Notes under the pieces: model-generated
What the model was told of the DNA's origin: nothing
What the model saw: only the letters and a program-made list of their open reading frames with translations
The model's database searches: none
In this document: positions 8,031 to 17,436 of the stretch, piece by piece
How positions within the stretch are numbered: position 1 is the stretch's first letter
Layout of the letters: each line of letters begins with the position of its first letter
Made by a program: the position numbers and the translations under genes
Virus record (IMG/VR): IMGVR_UViG_3300012667_000125
Span: 1-28,124 of that record
Source of the DNA: a virus
Taxonomy: Duplodnaviria > Caudoviricetes
DNA length: 28,124 nucleotides
Reading direction: 5' to 3' (one strand)

Positions 8031-9416
8031 TTAAGTTGTTGACGATGTTAATTCTGCCCAAATTCTAATTTCTCCGTTTGATGAACTAACGGATGGATTG
8101 TCATATTTATATGTGCCGCCAATTTGAACAATGAAACTAACATTCTGTAATACTTCCGTACTTGTTTGAGCAACATTAACGCCATTAACAACAAAAAAAT
8201 AGCGAGTAGATGGTGTATTACCAACAGCGATATTTACCATTATTGGTCTGTCTGTGTTATTTGTATAAGTTACATCGGCATCTCTTAAAGACATTTTGTC
8301 TTTCCAATCTTGTTGATAGCCGATAATTTTTCCTAACACTGCCGTGATTTGCGTTTGCAAATCAGTATCAGCAGTGGTTCTATTTGTTGTTTCTGTTGAT
8401 AATGCAGAACTCACAGCGGCAATTTCACCGCTTAACTCAGCACCGCCAGCACTTACTTCGCCACCTAATGTTGATATTGCAGACGCCAGTGACGATTCAG
8501 CCCCTTGCGCTCTTGCTGTTTCCGCATTTAAATTAGTGTTTAACGTAGATTCAGCGCCAGTTGCTCGTGTAATTTCATTATTTAAATTAGTGGCTAATGT
8601 GCTTTCTGCGCTTGTTGCTCTTGCTGATTCTGCCGTTATTGCCGCAGCTAAAACAGCATCGGCCGCTATTCTTGCCGCTGATTCTGCCGCTTCTGCTGCT
8701 TCAGCTCTTGCGATTTCTGCGTCAATTTGCGCTTGCAAATAGGCTTCTTCTTCTTGCGCTCTTTTTTGTTCAGCTAAAATATCAAGTCTCAATTGATATT
8801 CGGACTCATTCGCTCTTGCTGATTCTTGTTCTTCTGCTGCCGTTGCTCGTGCTGTTTCTGCTGATTGCGCTGTTTCAGCTCTTGCGCGTTCAGCGGCAAC
8901 ATCGTTAATCGTAGCGACTTCAATGCTGTTATAAGTGAATTTTTCAATAGGAACAACATTGATTCCGTTATCATTGAATTCAATAAACCGCGTTGGTGCT
9001 TTATTTAAAAATCCACCGATATAAACAGCATCGCTGAAACTGTGCATTCTTCGTGATGCCGGTGGTGCAATTTGTTTTGCATTTTTTACAGCCGAAATAT
9101 CACGAGAACAAAAATCACATAAACCAATATCGCCAACAGCGGGATCAATAATAATTCCATTGATTCCACCTTGAATTCTAAAATAAGGGACGTTATAGAT
9201 AATTCCATGATCCACCACCGTACTATCTGCTGTTATTTGCTGTACTAACGGTTGAACGTCAACAAATCCAGTATGCCCATCATTAGCCTTAACAGCAATC
9301 ACTTTAACAGGCAAAGCGGTTTGTAATTCTGCCATTTTTTGACGAATAACAAACAGCATCTCATTATATGAGTTTGAGTAATCTGTGTAATTTGCCTGCC
9401 TTACTTGTGCTGCCAT
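8031..9416 (-). CDS. Baseplate central spike (Gp138/gpV-like N-terminal domain) fused to a long coiled coil and a fibre-type tip domain
   Basis: VDVQPLV, NVPYFRIQGG..GIIIDP.VGDIG...F..RDIS.VK, RMHSFSDAVYIGG; then ExxRAxxAE repeats; last 97 aa paralogous to the 4824..5834 tip. Confidence 0.85.
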   Translation of the reverse strand: MAAQVRQANYTDYSNSYNEMLFVIRQKMAELQTALPVKVIAVKANDGHTGFVDVQPLVQQITADSTVVDHGIIYNVPYFRIQGGINGIIIDPAVGDIGLCDFCSRDISAVKNAKQIAPPASRRMHSFSDAVYIGGFLNKAPTRFIEFNDNGINVVPIEKFTYNSIEVATINDVAAERARAETAQSAETARATAAEEQESARANESEYQLRLDILAEQKRAQEEEAYLQAQIDAEIARAEAAEAAESAARIAADAVLAAAITAESARATSAESTLATNLNNEITRATGAESTLNTNLNAETARAQGAESSLASAISTLGGEVSAGGAELSGEIAAVSSALSTETTNRTTADTDLQTQITAVLGKIIGYQQDWKDKMSLRDADVTYTNNTDRPIMVNIAVGNTPSTRYFFVVNGVNVAQTSTEVLQNVSFIVQIGGTYKYDNPSVSSSNGEIRIWAELTSSTT

Positions 9417-9419
9417 ATT

Positions 9420-10340
9420 TTAAACTCGTTGCGGTGTCATTAATGCAAAGTTAGCCAGCGTTAATGTTGCTGTCCATTGTCCGTTGGGTGTTTGTGATTC
9501 TAACATAACCGACATAGATGTAATATAAAACGAACCATTGCAATTAGGCAATGATGTTTGTAATTCTACTTTTGACCCGTGAAAAAATAACGGATTATAA
9601 AGCACATTTACAATCACCATTCCGTTAATATCCATCATCGGCCAGCCAATTAAACCAGTATTAGCGTTAATAACCGGAACGTGTGACGTAATTAGCGGTT
9701 GACCTTTCGGGCAAATGTGGATTGTTGGTGGTGTGTAATAAATATCGATGTTTGCGTCTTGCTGTATTTTTCGCAGCATTTGCATTGCTGTTCCGCTGTA
9801 GTAGGGATTAGCTAATGAAACGCCTAGATCACCCACGCCATTATCTTGAACGTAAGCGTTGCCTAAACGCTCTGCAACTGCATCAATTAAAACTAATACG
9901 TCCACTGTGCCTTCTTGACTGATTGGTGCGACTTCTTTTGTTGCCCCAGACATATTGACAGTGGTTTCAATGATAAAAGGCACGTCAGGCGCATTTGAAT
10001 AATCAGCATAAGCGCGGAAAATATCGCCTTTATATATTTCACCTGTTTTTGCATTTGGCAATCCATTTTGTTGTGATACTTCACCAACGCTAATAGATAT
10101 TTTATTTCCGCTTAATGAATTGGCTATAGGAGGATAAACCGTCAATCTATCCATTAGTTTTTTATCCATGCCCCATATCATAGCTTGTGCGCTATTGACG
10201 GTTGAACCACCTGCAAAATCAATAACAACATTGGCTCTTACATTTTGTATTGTAACGACATTGTTTTTACCTTGATCGGTATATGTGCCGTCATTTAATT
10301 CAATATCAAAACGAACTAATCTCTGTACAAAAGAACCCAT
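9420..10340 (-). CDS. Baseplate hub protein
   Basis: 306 aa between plug and spike; GDIFRAYADYSNAPD, INANTGLIGWP, LES.TPNGQW motifs. The true start may be slightly uncertain (25-bp overlap with the upstream gene). Confidence 0.75.
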   Translation of the reverse strand: MGSFVQRLVRFDIELNDGTYTDQGKNNVVTIQNVRANVVIDFAGGSTVNSAQAMIWGMDKKLMDRLTVYPPIANSLSGNKISISVGEVSQQNGLPNAKTGEIYKGDIFRAYADYSNAPDVPFIIETTVNMSGATKEVAPISQEGTVDVLVLIDAVAERLGNAYVQDNGVGDLGVSLANPYYSGTAMQMLRKIQQDANIDIYYTPPTIHICPKGQPLITSHVPVINANTGLIGWPMMDINGMVIVNVLYNPLFFHGSKVELQTSLPNCNGSFYITSMSVMLESQTPNGQWTATLTLANFALMTPQRV

Positions 10341-10612
10341 CGACTATCCCAACCAGTATATTGTGGAGGTTCAACGCCTTGCGTATCAATAACAATGAAG
10401 TCACCAATCAACTTGCTATAAGGCGCATTTACGAGTGTTGTGTCGTGTTGAATTAATACGTTTTTACATAGGCTAACGCTATTTAGTGTTAGGCTAAAGT
10501 ATTGTTTGCCGTCCATTTCTCTAAGGGATATGCCGCATGCTTGCCCATTAACAACCGTTGCTAGCTCTTGTGACGCGACTTGTTGTGTTGCAATTTGTAA
10601 ATATGTTGTCAT
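10316..10612 (-). CDS. Small baseplate protein (plug-like)
   Basis: 98 aa; GDF..IDTQG..PPQYTGW.SRW.LLY C-terminus; synteny. Confidence 0.7.
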   Translation of the reverse strand: MTTYLQIATQQVASQELATVVNGQACGISLREMDGKQYFSLTLNSVSLCKNVLIQHDTTLVNAPYSKLIGDFIVIDTQGVEPPQYTGWDSRWVLLYRD

Positions 10613-11308
10613 TTATGATAACCCCAATTTAGCGAAAATACCGGGCGATGGTGGATTGGGCATAATATTTGATAATGGTGCAGGTGCGCGGTCACTTGGG
10701 CGTTTGGCGTTGCTTGTTTTTGAATTGGTATATTGAAAATCAATTTCCATGACTTCTTGAAAAGTACAGTCCGCAATAATAAGCGTCACGCCAGACTTTG
10801 ATTCGCGCGTAATCGAATAATCAACCAATGATAAATTGGTATAAGTTACTTCGGGAACAGCAATATCAAATAATTCTGGCGTTCTCGATGCAAAATCAAG
10901 CCACAACAGAAATTGCTGTCTATCTGATTCTGTGCCGCTTTTAATTAAACGAATAGGAATAATACGCGGTTTTTCTACCTTGTTATATGTTGCAAAACTT
11001 CCTGTTTCTAATCGATAGCTGGATAATTCAGAACCTTTGCGAACATTAAGCGCAAGAACGCTGTCGATTCTATTTTGATTTAATGTCAATGCTTGATTGA
11101 TTAACTGCGTAACGCCAGCACCGTTTTTTATCTGGTCAATGATTGAACTTTTTTGACCTAAATTAACGGGATCACCCGTTTTATGATAAAACACGCCCCA
11201 TTTTAAATCGGTGGCTAAATAATACTCCGCCAATCCTTGCGCTAAAATCATCAAAGATTTGCCAAACACATTTGCTGACGGTGTCATTAATTGTGGTATG
11301 CCGTTCAT
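10613..11308 (-). CDS. Tail tube initiator / Dit-like baseplate protein
   Basis: Follows the tape measure; S.Y.LETGSFATYNKV..P and PE.TY.N..L.DY...R motifs. Confidence 0.7.
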   Translation of the reverse strand: MNGIPQLMTPSANVFGKSLMILAQGLAEYYLATDLKWGVFYHKTGDPVNLGQKSSIIDQIKNGAGVTQLINQALTLNQNRIDSVLALNVRKGSELSSYRLETGSFATYNKVEKPRIIPIRLIKSGTESDRQQFLLWLDFASRTPELFDIAVPEVTYTNLSLVDYSITRESKSGVTLIIADCTFQEVMEIDFQYTNSKTSNAKRPSDRAPAPLSNIMPNPPSPGIFAKLGLS

Positions 11309-12780
11309 TAGTGCATATTCCCCTCAGCCAATGCTGATTTTCTGCCTATTTGTTGTGATAAATCACGAACCATGCCTTTTGCGTCAGTGGCTTGTGTGTT
11401 TACCGTAATATCGCCATTGATGGTGATACCGTTGTTATTGGTTGATTGGTTTAATGTTTGTGCGCTTTGTGGTTTGTTTTGCAAACTGTCAACGTATGAA
11501 TTTAATTTAGGGTTTTCTTTATTTGTACCCATTATCATTTGTTTTTCAACGTATGCTTTTGGGTCGCCTTCAATTCTTGTTATTTCTTTTGATAATTGAT
11601 TCATCAATTCTTTATTTTTAGGATCAATTACTTCATTAACGCCTATGTGCAATTTTTTTGCTAATTTTTCATAATAGCCTTTTGTATCATTCTCTGTTTC
11701 TGGCGCATATTTTTCAATAATTGATTTAAGCGTATTTTTCCCGCCTGCAATATAATTTTGCAATAAATCATCTTGAGCGCGTGATCCTGTTTCTTTATCT
11801 GGAAAAATGGCAAATCCTTTGTCATCTTTTCCGACTGCGCCATGTTTTTTAGACCAATCAGAATATCGGATATTGCCCGGATTATTGTTACGCATATTGC
11901 GTAATCCTTTCACTTTATCCTTTGCGCCTTCCCATGCTTTTTTTAATGGTTCGGTAATGGTTGGAACGCCTTGCGGTGTTTTTCCAGCGTAAATATCTTT
12001 TATTGAACCAGCAATTTCATTCTTTGCCTTATTTAATGCTTCGGTTGCGCCTTGTGCGTCTTTGGCTGCTTTTGCTGTGGATTGTGCGTTCTTTTCCGCT
12101 TCATCCATTGCTGCATTGAATTCTTTATCGTCTTTTGAGAATAAGAAAGATAACCCCTCACCTAAACCCATTTGACGAGCAATATAAGCACGTTTGCGCT
12201 CGTCCTCGATACCCATTAACCCTTTTCTAACATCGGTCAATAGAGTGCGCGTATCTTTTAATTTTCCGTTTTGATCTGTTACAGATACACCAATACGACT
12301 AAAGTATTTAAATAATTCGCTGCCTTTGCCTTCGACTTCTAAACCAGTGATGGCGTTATACATATCAGCGACATTATTTAAAATGCTTTTGCTTGAATCG
12401 CCTAAATTTTCTGATAAGTTTTGAAGTGTGCCGACTTGGGTTGTAGACATACCCAAAAATTTAGCGACTTTTTCTGTGTCGCCTAAATCAGCAACAGTGG
12501 CTAATACTTTTCGTGATGCAGCAACAGCAAAAAAACCTTTTGCCATGCCTTTGAGAGAATTAGAAATAAGCGCGTATTGCTTATTTTCTTCTTTTAAATC
12601 TTCTGTATATTCTTCGGAATCGTTTGATAAATCTTTATAATTTTTACGATTCTTTTTTGCGATTTTATCTGTTTTCTTTTCTGTATCTTTTAACTTTTTG
12701 ATAGTGGCATCCATGCCTTTGTTTAAGCCTTTGGCATCAATACCGATTTGCACTAATAGTTTATCTATTATTGTTGCCAT
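11308..12780 (-). CDS. Tape measure protein with a C-terminal lysozyme/transglycosylase-like domain
   Basis: MATIIDKLLVQIGID start, helical K/A-rich body, RNNNPGNIR...FAIF...G...KYAP..ENDT motif, INGDITVNTQATDA tail; follows the chaperones. Confidence 0.85.
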   Translation of the reverse strand: MATIIDKLLVQIGIDAKGLNKGMDATIKKLKDTEKKTDKIAKKNRKNYKDLSNDSEEYTEDLKEENKQYALISNSLKGMAKGFFAVAASRKVLATVADLGDTEKVAKFLGMSTTQVGTLQNLSENLGDSSKSILNNVADMYNAITGLEVEGKGSELFKYFSRIGVSVTDQNGKLKDTRTLLTDVRKGLMGIEDERKRAYIARQMGLGEGLSFLFSKDDKEFNAAMDEAEKNAQSTAKAAKDAQGATEALNKAKNEIAGSIKDIYAGKTPQGVPTITEPLKKAWEGAKDKVKGLRNMRNNNPGNIRYSDWSKKHGAVGKDDKGFAIFPDKETGSRAQDDLLQNYIAGGKNTLKSIIEKYAPETENDTKGYYEKLAKKLHIGVNEVIDPKNKELMNQLSKEITRIEGDPKAYVEKQMIMGTNKENPKLNSYVDSLQNKPQSAQTLNQSTNNNGITINGDITVNTQATDAKGMVRDLSQQIGRKSALAEGNMH

Positions 12781-13000
12781 TGCTTATAATCCTATCGTTA
12801 TAACTGTTTACGCTTAAAATTTCATAAAGTAGATAAGCATCTTCTAATCCATAAACCGTTTGCAACTCGTTAAGCGTTGCAAGTTTGTTGCTGATTAAAG
12901 TGCCTAAAATTCCGCAAATATTAGCATAATTGACTAACCCCCGCAAAGGTTGACCCTTTGGGAGTAACATATAATCGGGCGTTAGTCGTCCGTAAAAAAA
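12761..13000 (-). CDS. Tail assembly chaperone, -1 frameshift extension (lambda gpT-like)
   Basis: The -1 frame from the T7 run reads ...FYGRLTPDY-MLLPKG..., open into the 12761..12970 ORF; LATLNELQTVYGLEDAY motif. Confidence 0.75.
   Translation of the reverse strand, partial: FFYGRLTPDYMLLPKGQPLRGLVNYANICGILGTLISNKLATLNELQTVYGLEDAYLLYEILSVNSYNDRIISNGNNNR
12932..13000 (-). promoter_or_regulatory. Programmed -1 ribosomal frameshift signal
   Basis: Slippery T TTT TTT (12994-13000), 6-nt spacer, then stem GACTAAC-G-CCCG / CGGG-G-GTTAGTC enclosing a CAAAGG/CCTTTG hairpin. Confidence 0.75.
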
Positions 13001-13362
13001 TCGGTATGCAGCGAGAACACTTCTTTACGCAATTTAATTAACGTGCGCGGGTCTTCAAAGTCATCGGCTAATATCAATTGACGTGTTCCTGCTTGTGTGA
13101 CAATGCTAACGCAAGTCAACATCTCATCAAGTAAAGGCTCTGCATCTTTGAAATTTACCTTAAATAAAGCCACTAAGCCTTTTCTGACAAACTCAGCGAA
13201 TGGTGCATTACTCAGATCATCGGGTAATTCGCTACCATTTGCCGCAATTAACCATAATGCTTTAATCGCCCATTTTTCAGCTTTGAAAGCCGACATTTCA
13301 GTGATTCTGTAAACGCGGGCAGAATCTCTGCCCACGCCTGCTATATCTTTAGTTTTTAGCAT
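12982..13362 (-). CDS. Tail assembly chaperone (gpG-like)
   Basis: GRD....Y.ITEMSA.KAEKWA, PLLDEML.CV, LRKEVF.LH.DFF; between tube and tape measure. Confidence 0.8.
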   Translation of the reverse strand: MLKTKDIAGVGRDSARVYRITEMSAFKAEKWAIKALWLIAANGSELPDDLSNAPFAEFVRKGLVALFKVNFKDAEPLLDEMLTCVSIVTQAGTRQLILADDFEDPRTLIKLRKEVFSLHTDFFTDD

Positions 13363-13365
13363 TCA

Positions 13366-13800
13366 TTAACCAATGATAGCTGGAATTACTGCTTCCCACA
13401 CGATTGTAAAATCTTGTGGTGCTAAAGTTTTTTGCGCGTCTGGCAGCGGCTTATAGTTTGTCAATGTGCCATTGATGAAGCTATAAGATTTATTCGTTGC
13501 TGGATATGTCAACGTGCCTGTCAATTCATAGAATGTTTTATTTACATTTGAGAATTGATAGATTTGATCAAACACAGCAATTGAACCGCTGTCAGCTTGC
13601 AAATGAACCGCTTGCGTGTACATTTGCGGAATCCAGCCGCTAGACTTTTTACCGTCTACGCCTAGCAAATTTTCTGCAATATCTTGCGCGTCAACATCGA
13701 AAGCGTTATCAACTGCAAATCCTTGCACTTGATGAACAATAGCTAGTTCTGGGCAGGTAATAACCAAGACCGCACTAGCGGATGTAATATTGTTAGCCAT
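13366..13800 (-). CDS. Tail tube protein
   Basis: 144 aa immediately after the sheath; NITSA, QGFA.D, GVDG..S.G, LQADS.S motifs. Confidence 0.85.
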   Translation of the reverse strand: MANNITSASAVLVITCPELAIVHQVQGFAVDNAFDVDAQDIAENLLGVDGKKSSGWIPQMYTQAVHLQADSGSIAVFDQIYQFSNVNKTFYELTGTLTYPATNKSYSFINGTLTNYKPLPDAQKTLAPQDFTIVWEAVIPAIIG

Positions 13801-13812
13801 TAGTTTTGCCCT

Positions 13813-15342
13813 TTATAAAATAACAATTGAATCAAGTTGAATTTTTTGAATTGCGCCACCGTCTGTGTAATAAAGCATCAAAGGTGGTGATTGACGTTGT
13901 CCGCGTACTTGCGTTGACGCTGTGCCAATGTACAAATAATAACCATAAGTCTGTAGGTTTTTGCTAATGTCAAAACCAACCGCATAAGTAATTGCGGCAA
14001 TTTGTGAAGCAGATAATGTTACACCACTTCTAATAATGCCAGCGTTAATGCCTTGTTTGATTGGGTCAGAACACCATGCGCGTAAAAGCGTATCGCCAAC
14101 AGCGGTATATGGTGCTAAATTCACTTGCAACAAACCCTCGAAAATAGACAATGCTAATTGAGAGTTTAAGAAAATTTGACCAACATAAGTATCAAACCAT
14201 TTAAAGCGTGAACCTGCTAACGCGCCATCAGCAACAATGTTATAAACATTTCCTAAGCCGGGTGCGCTGTATGTTCCATAATATGTGTAATTATTGGCAA
14301 TCAAATTATTTGCAGCGTTTTGCGTGGTTACGGTGTCAACATACGATGCAAGTCCGGGTTGTTGTCTGAATTTAAGCGTTGCGCGTCCGTTTAACGTATT
14401 CCAATTTAGTGATGCCGCTACACCTGTTGCCATTGCCGCAAGATATTGCGCTCCACTTGATGCCCATAACACAATAACGCCATCAAATTGATCTGCCGCT
14501 AGAATTGAGCCAATACCTGAAGCATAAGGTGTTGTAGTAGCCGCTAAAGGGTCAGAATCAAAACAAACATACAAGAATTTATCATTTTGTGTTTGCGTCC
14601 ATTGTGCGAACAATACAGCATCACCGTTTGAAACTTCCCATGTTGTTGTGAATGTTGCCCAGTTACTAGACAAACTTTTCACTTTGGCAATGGCTTGTGT
14701 TGCAGTTTCAATTGCTACGCCTTGCGACAATGTGCCTGCGCTCAATCCTAATAATGTAGCGGTTGTTCCGCTTGCATAAGTGATTGTTGAAGTTGCGCCT
14801 GTTGTGCTTGATGTGATCTTGAATTTACTGCTCAAAGAATCCCAAGTAATAACGGGTTTATTTGAACCTGTCCAGCTCAAAGCGGTTTTAATCAAATTGA
14901 TAACTGACGTGCTTTCACTTCCACCAATACTTGTTGCGCTTGATAGATTCAATGCAGATGCAGTTGAAACAGTACCATCAACAGTGATTGATAATGTGCC
15001 GCTAATTGCTTGAAAATAGGTTAACGGTTGACCAGCAAGTGACGTACTTAATAACCATGCAGAAGTAGCCGCAGCCGCAAAGCCAGAAAAATATAAAGCA
15101 CTTGGAAATGAAGTACAGTTTGTAAAACCAGAAAAATAAATTGAAGCCATTTTATATTCTGTCGATGCAGTACCGAAATAGATACCTACATCGTCAGCAC
15201 TATAAAATGTTAACAATGAATCGCTTGGTTGGATTGAGTTTTGTGTTAAAAACACAGCATTTAGCGCAAGAGGATTGCCGCCCGTGCCAATAACGCCCGG
15301 AATGATCTCAACTTCTTGACTAATGGGGATAGTGCTTGCCAT
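13813..15342 (-). CDS. Tail sheath protein (DUF3383-like)
   Basis: 509 aa; IP.S..V.I.PGVI..GG, NWATFTT, NGRATLKFRQQ.GL, R..RQSPP..LYYTDGGAIQKI. Confidence 0.9.
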   Translation of the reverse strand: MASTIPISQEVEIIPGVIGTGGNPLALNAVFLTQNSIQPSDSLLTFYSADDVGIYFGTASTEYKMASIYFSGFTNCTSFPSALYFSGFAAAATSAWLLSTSLAGQPLTYFQAISGTLSITVDGTVSTASALNLSSATSIGGSESTSVINLIKTALSWTGSNKPVITWDSLSSKFKITSSTTGATSTITYASGTTATLLGLSAGTLSQGVAIETATQAIAKVKSLSSNWATFTTTWEVSNGDAVLFAQWTQTQNDKFLYVCFDSDPLAATTTPYASGIGSILAADQFDGVIVLWASSGAQYLAAMATGVAASLNWNTLNGRATLKFRQQPGLASYVDTVTTQNAANNLIANNYTYYGTYSAPGLGNVYNIVADGALAGSRFKWFDTYVGQIFLNSQLALSIFEGLLQVNLAPYTAVGDTLLRAWCSDPIKQGINAGIIRSGVTLSASQIAAITYAVGFDISKNLQTYGYYLYIGTASTQVRGQRQSPPLMLYYTDGGAIQKIQLDSIVIL

Positions 15343-15355
15343 TTTGTTTCCTTAG

Positions 15356-15865
15356 TTAATTAAAAACTATGTCAGCAGGTGTGGATTGAACCAAACCAAC
15401 CGCATTAAATGTTTGTTGTGGTAATGTCATAGTAACATTATATTGCATCGACACTGTTACCGTCCATCGTTGCTCATATTGCTCTTCAGCGTTAATAATA
15501 GGCGATTTCACAATATCCGAACAATAAAGCAATGCTAACCATGATGCGTGATTGTAAGAACCCCATATTGTGCGAATCGTACCCATAAACGCTAAAGCAA
15601 TATCTGAAACCGCCCATCCATAAAAATCAACTTGCACGTCTATCTGTTGTTTTTGAATCATCGTTTCGCCCGTGTTGGTGTAATTTTCAACGGGTTTTGA
15701 TAATGGCTTGGTAAGTATTTCGGTTAAAACAACAAAATCTGTTTTAGGTGTTGGGTTTCTATTTACATTCGCGCGAATGATTGGCGCGGTTGTAAATAAA
15801 GCAATGTAATCTGCTAAAGCATCAATGACATTATCAACGGTTTTATCGGGTGTAAAATTAGACAT
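15356..15865 (-). CDS. Tail terminator / neck protein
   Basis: Upstream of the sheath; DVQVDFYG, INAEEQYEQRW...MQYN motifs. Confidence 0.75.
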   Translation of the reverse strand: MSNFTPDKTVDNVIDALADYIALFTTAPIIRANVNRNPTPKTDFVVLTEILTKPLSKPVENYTNTGETMIQKQQIDVQVDFYGWAVSDIALAFMGTIRTIWGSYNHASWLALLYCSDIVKSPIINAEEQYEQRWTVTVSMQYNVTMTLPQQTFNAVGLVQSTPADIVFN

Positions 15866-16232
15866 TATCCACCTGTTCTAAAATAGCGGCCTTAGTCCAT
15901 GTAGGCCATGTTTCTAAAACTTTTACGATAATCCACACTTTAGAATCATAGATAACCATATCATTACCTAAAGATTCTGCTCTGATAATACCATGCAAGT
16001 TGCCTTTCAAATATAAAGCGCGTGAATTTCCTTGAAGTTTTAATCCTTCAAGTTTCATTAAATCTTTATTATCTAACGCTTGAACCTGTGCCATTCCAGT
16101 AATATTTGAATAGGTTGGGGATTGTCTACGCCCTGCGCCTATTGTGTAGCCGGTGTTTTTTCTGATCGTAACAGATACATCACCATTAATGGATTGAATT
16201 GCTGTATTGGCAATAGCACGAACATCAATCAT
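15858..16232 (-). CDS. Head closure / neck protein
   Basis: TGYTIG.G.RQ.P.Y, AQVQAL...DL, W...VLETWP.W motifs; synteny. Confidence 0.7.
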   Translation of the reverse strand: MIDVRAIANTAIQSINGDVSVTIRKNTGYTIGAGRRQSPTYSNITGMAQVQALDNKDLMKLEGLKLQGNSRALYLKGNLHGIIRAESLGNDMVIYDSKVWIIVKVLETWPTWTKAAILEQVDNV

Positions 16233-16672
16233 TTATTCACCACTTCGCTAGTGATTGATTTAACCATCAAAGAAGTATCAATAAGCGGTTTATTGAATCC
16301 TTTGCGTTCTATTGTTTTTGGACTATTTGGTGGCGTATGCCAATCACGAATAGATTGACGCAATGCGCCTTCAACATCTAATCCTAAAATTGACATACTT
16401 TTTTCTAAATCGTGATGAGTAAATTTTATTGCGCCTTCTAATTTTTTTCCCCATTCTGGTGATTCTTTTGAAATCATTGTGCGAAAAAAAGGTCGTGATG
16501 GTATTTCTTTTGTTCCAAATTCATTATCGAATGCGACTTGAGCTACTGACATACCATCTTCGGGATAAGTTGCGCCATTGATAAAACCAATATTTAATTC
16601 TGTTGATTGCATATTTTTACGAAAAGCATCCAGCCGCTTTTCCAATCTATCAATATGCTTGATTGTAGCCAT
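16229..16672 (-). CDS. Tail completion / neck protein (HK97 gp10-like)
   Basis: GF..GATYP, NEFGT..IPSRPFFR, PPNSP.TI.RKGFNKPLIDT. Start reassigned to MATIKH (16672), which overlaps the upstream stop as TAATG. Confidence 0.8.
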   Translation of the reverse strand: MATIKHIDRLEKRLDAFRKNMQSTELNIGFINGATYPEDGMSVAQVAFDNEFGTKEIPSRPFFRTMISKESPEWGKKLEGAIKFTHHDLEKSMSILGLDVEGALRQSIRDWHTPPNSPKTIERKGFNKPLIDTSLMVKSITSEVVNK

Positions 16673-17091
16673 TAAATGATCGTCACTGAACGTGGACGGA
16701 ATCGAAACGAGCGATATGGCAAAATCATTTGCCAATATGTCGCACCGTATTGTGTTTGCATAAAATAAGCCGCGTTATTGTTTGTGCGCATTTCTGTTGA
16801 AATACTTACGCTACCTTCTGACGCGCTACTCGTGCGGCCAACTGGTGTTGGTTGCCCAACCGTGCCATTTAATACGTTGGTGTTAGTTTCGCCCATCAAT
16901 GTTGCTATATGGGCGACTAATAACCACAACAAAGTTTTGCGAACCGTTACATCTTGAACAATAGACGCATCACTGTTATTGCAAATCAATCCAGCTTGAT
17001 CGAAACAATTTTGCAATAATGATTGTGATACAAGATTAAATTGTGGGTAAGCCGCAATAAAATCATTGTAGTTAAATGTAACGGTTGCCAT
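16672..17091 (-). CDS. Head-tail adaptor (DUF4054-like)
   Basis: F...YPQF, LL.LLVAHIA.L, VGRTSSASEGSVSIS, QTQYGA.YW. Confidence 0.85.
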   Translation of the reverse strand: MATVTFNYNDFIAAYPQFNLVSQSLLQNCFDQAGLICNNSDASIVQDVTVRKTLLWLLVAHIATLMGETNTNVLNGTVGQPTPVGRTSSASEGSVSISTEMRTNNNAAYFMQTQYGATYWQMILPYRSFRFRPRSVTII

Positions 17092-17096
17092 AATTA

Positions 17097-17417
17097 TTAA
17101 GCCTTGTCGGTTTCTACGCCATTTGAATTAGGTTCTAATTGCTCAAATCCTGTTTTCTTTTCAATGTCTTTTACTTTACTTTTTGCGCTTGATTCGTCTT
17201 TGGCTTCAAAAATAAAACCGTTAACAAACGCAGCGTTTTCTGCGTTTTCTTTTTTCCACGCTTCCCAGAATGATGCGTCAACGTCAGTTGTGCCATGTGT
17301 ACCAATTAAACGTGTTAATTCTGTGTATTGATTTGCGCCATTTAATGTTGCTTTATTTCCTCTAACATCAAGAACTAAACCATGTGGGAGTGTGCAACCG
17401 ATTTTAATTGTAGCCAT
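17097..17417 (-). CDS. Conserved hypothetical protein of the head module
   Basis: IGC.LPHGL.L, G.T.VDA.FWEAW, KTGFEQL.P motifs; AGGT RBS; usual position is directly after the capsid gene. Confidence 0.7.
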   Translation of the reverse strand: MATIKIGCTLPHGLVLDVRGNKATLNGANQYTELTRLIGTHGTTDVDASFWEAWKKENAENAAFVNGFIFEAKDESSAKSKVKDIEKKTGFEQLEPNSNGVETDKA

Positions 17418-17436
17418 ATTTTTACCTGTTTTGTTT

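Noticed and set aside
1110-9416. Diversity-generating retroelement (Mtd_N-like domain, duplicated tip domains, variable repeats)
   Set aside because: No reverse transcriptase in the window; both tip copies are coding, and differences are not restricted to adenines.
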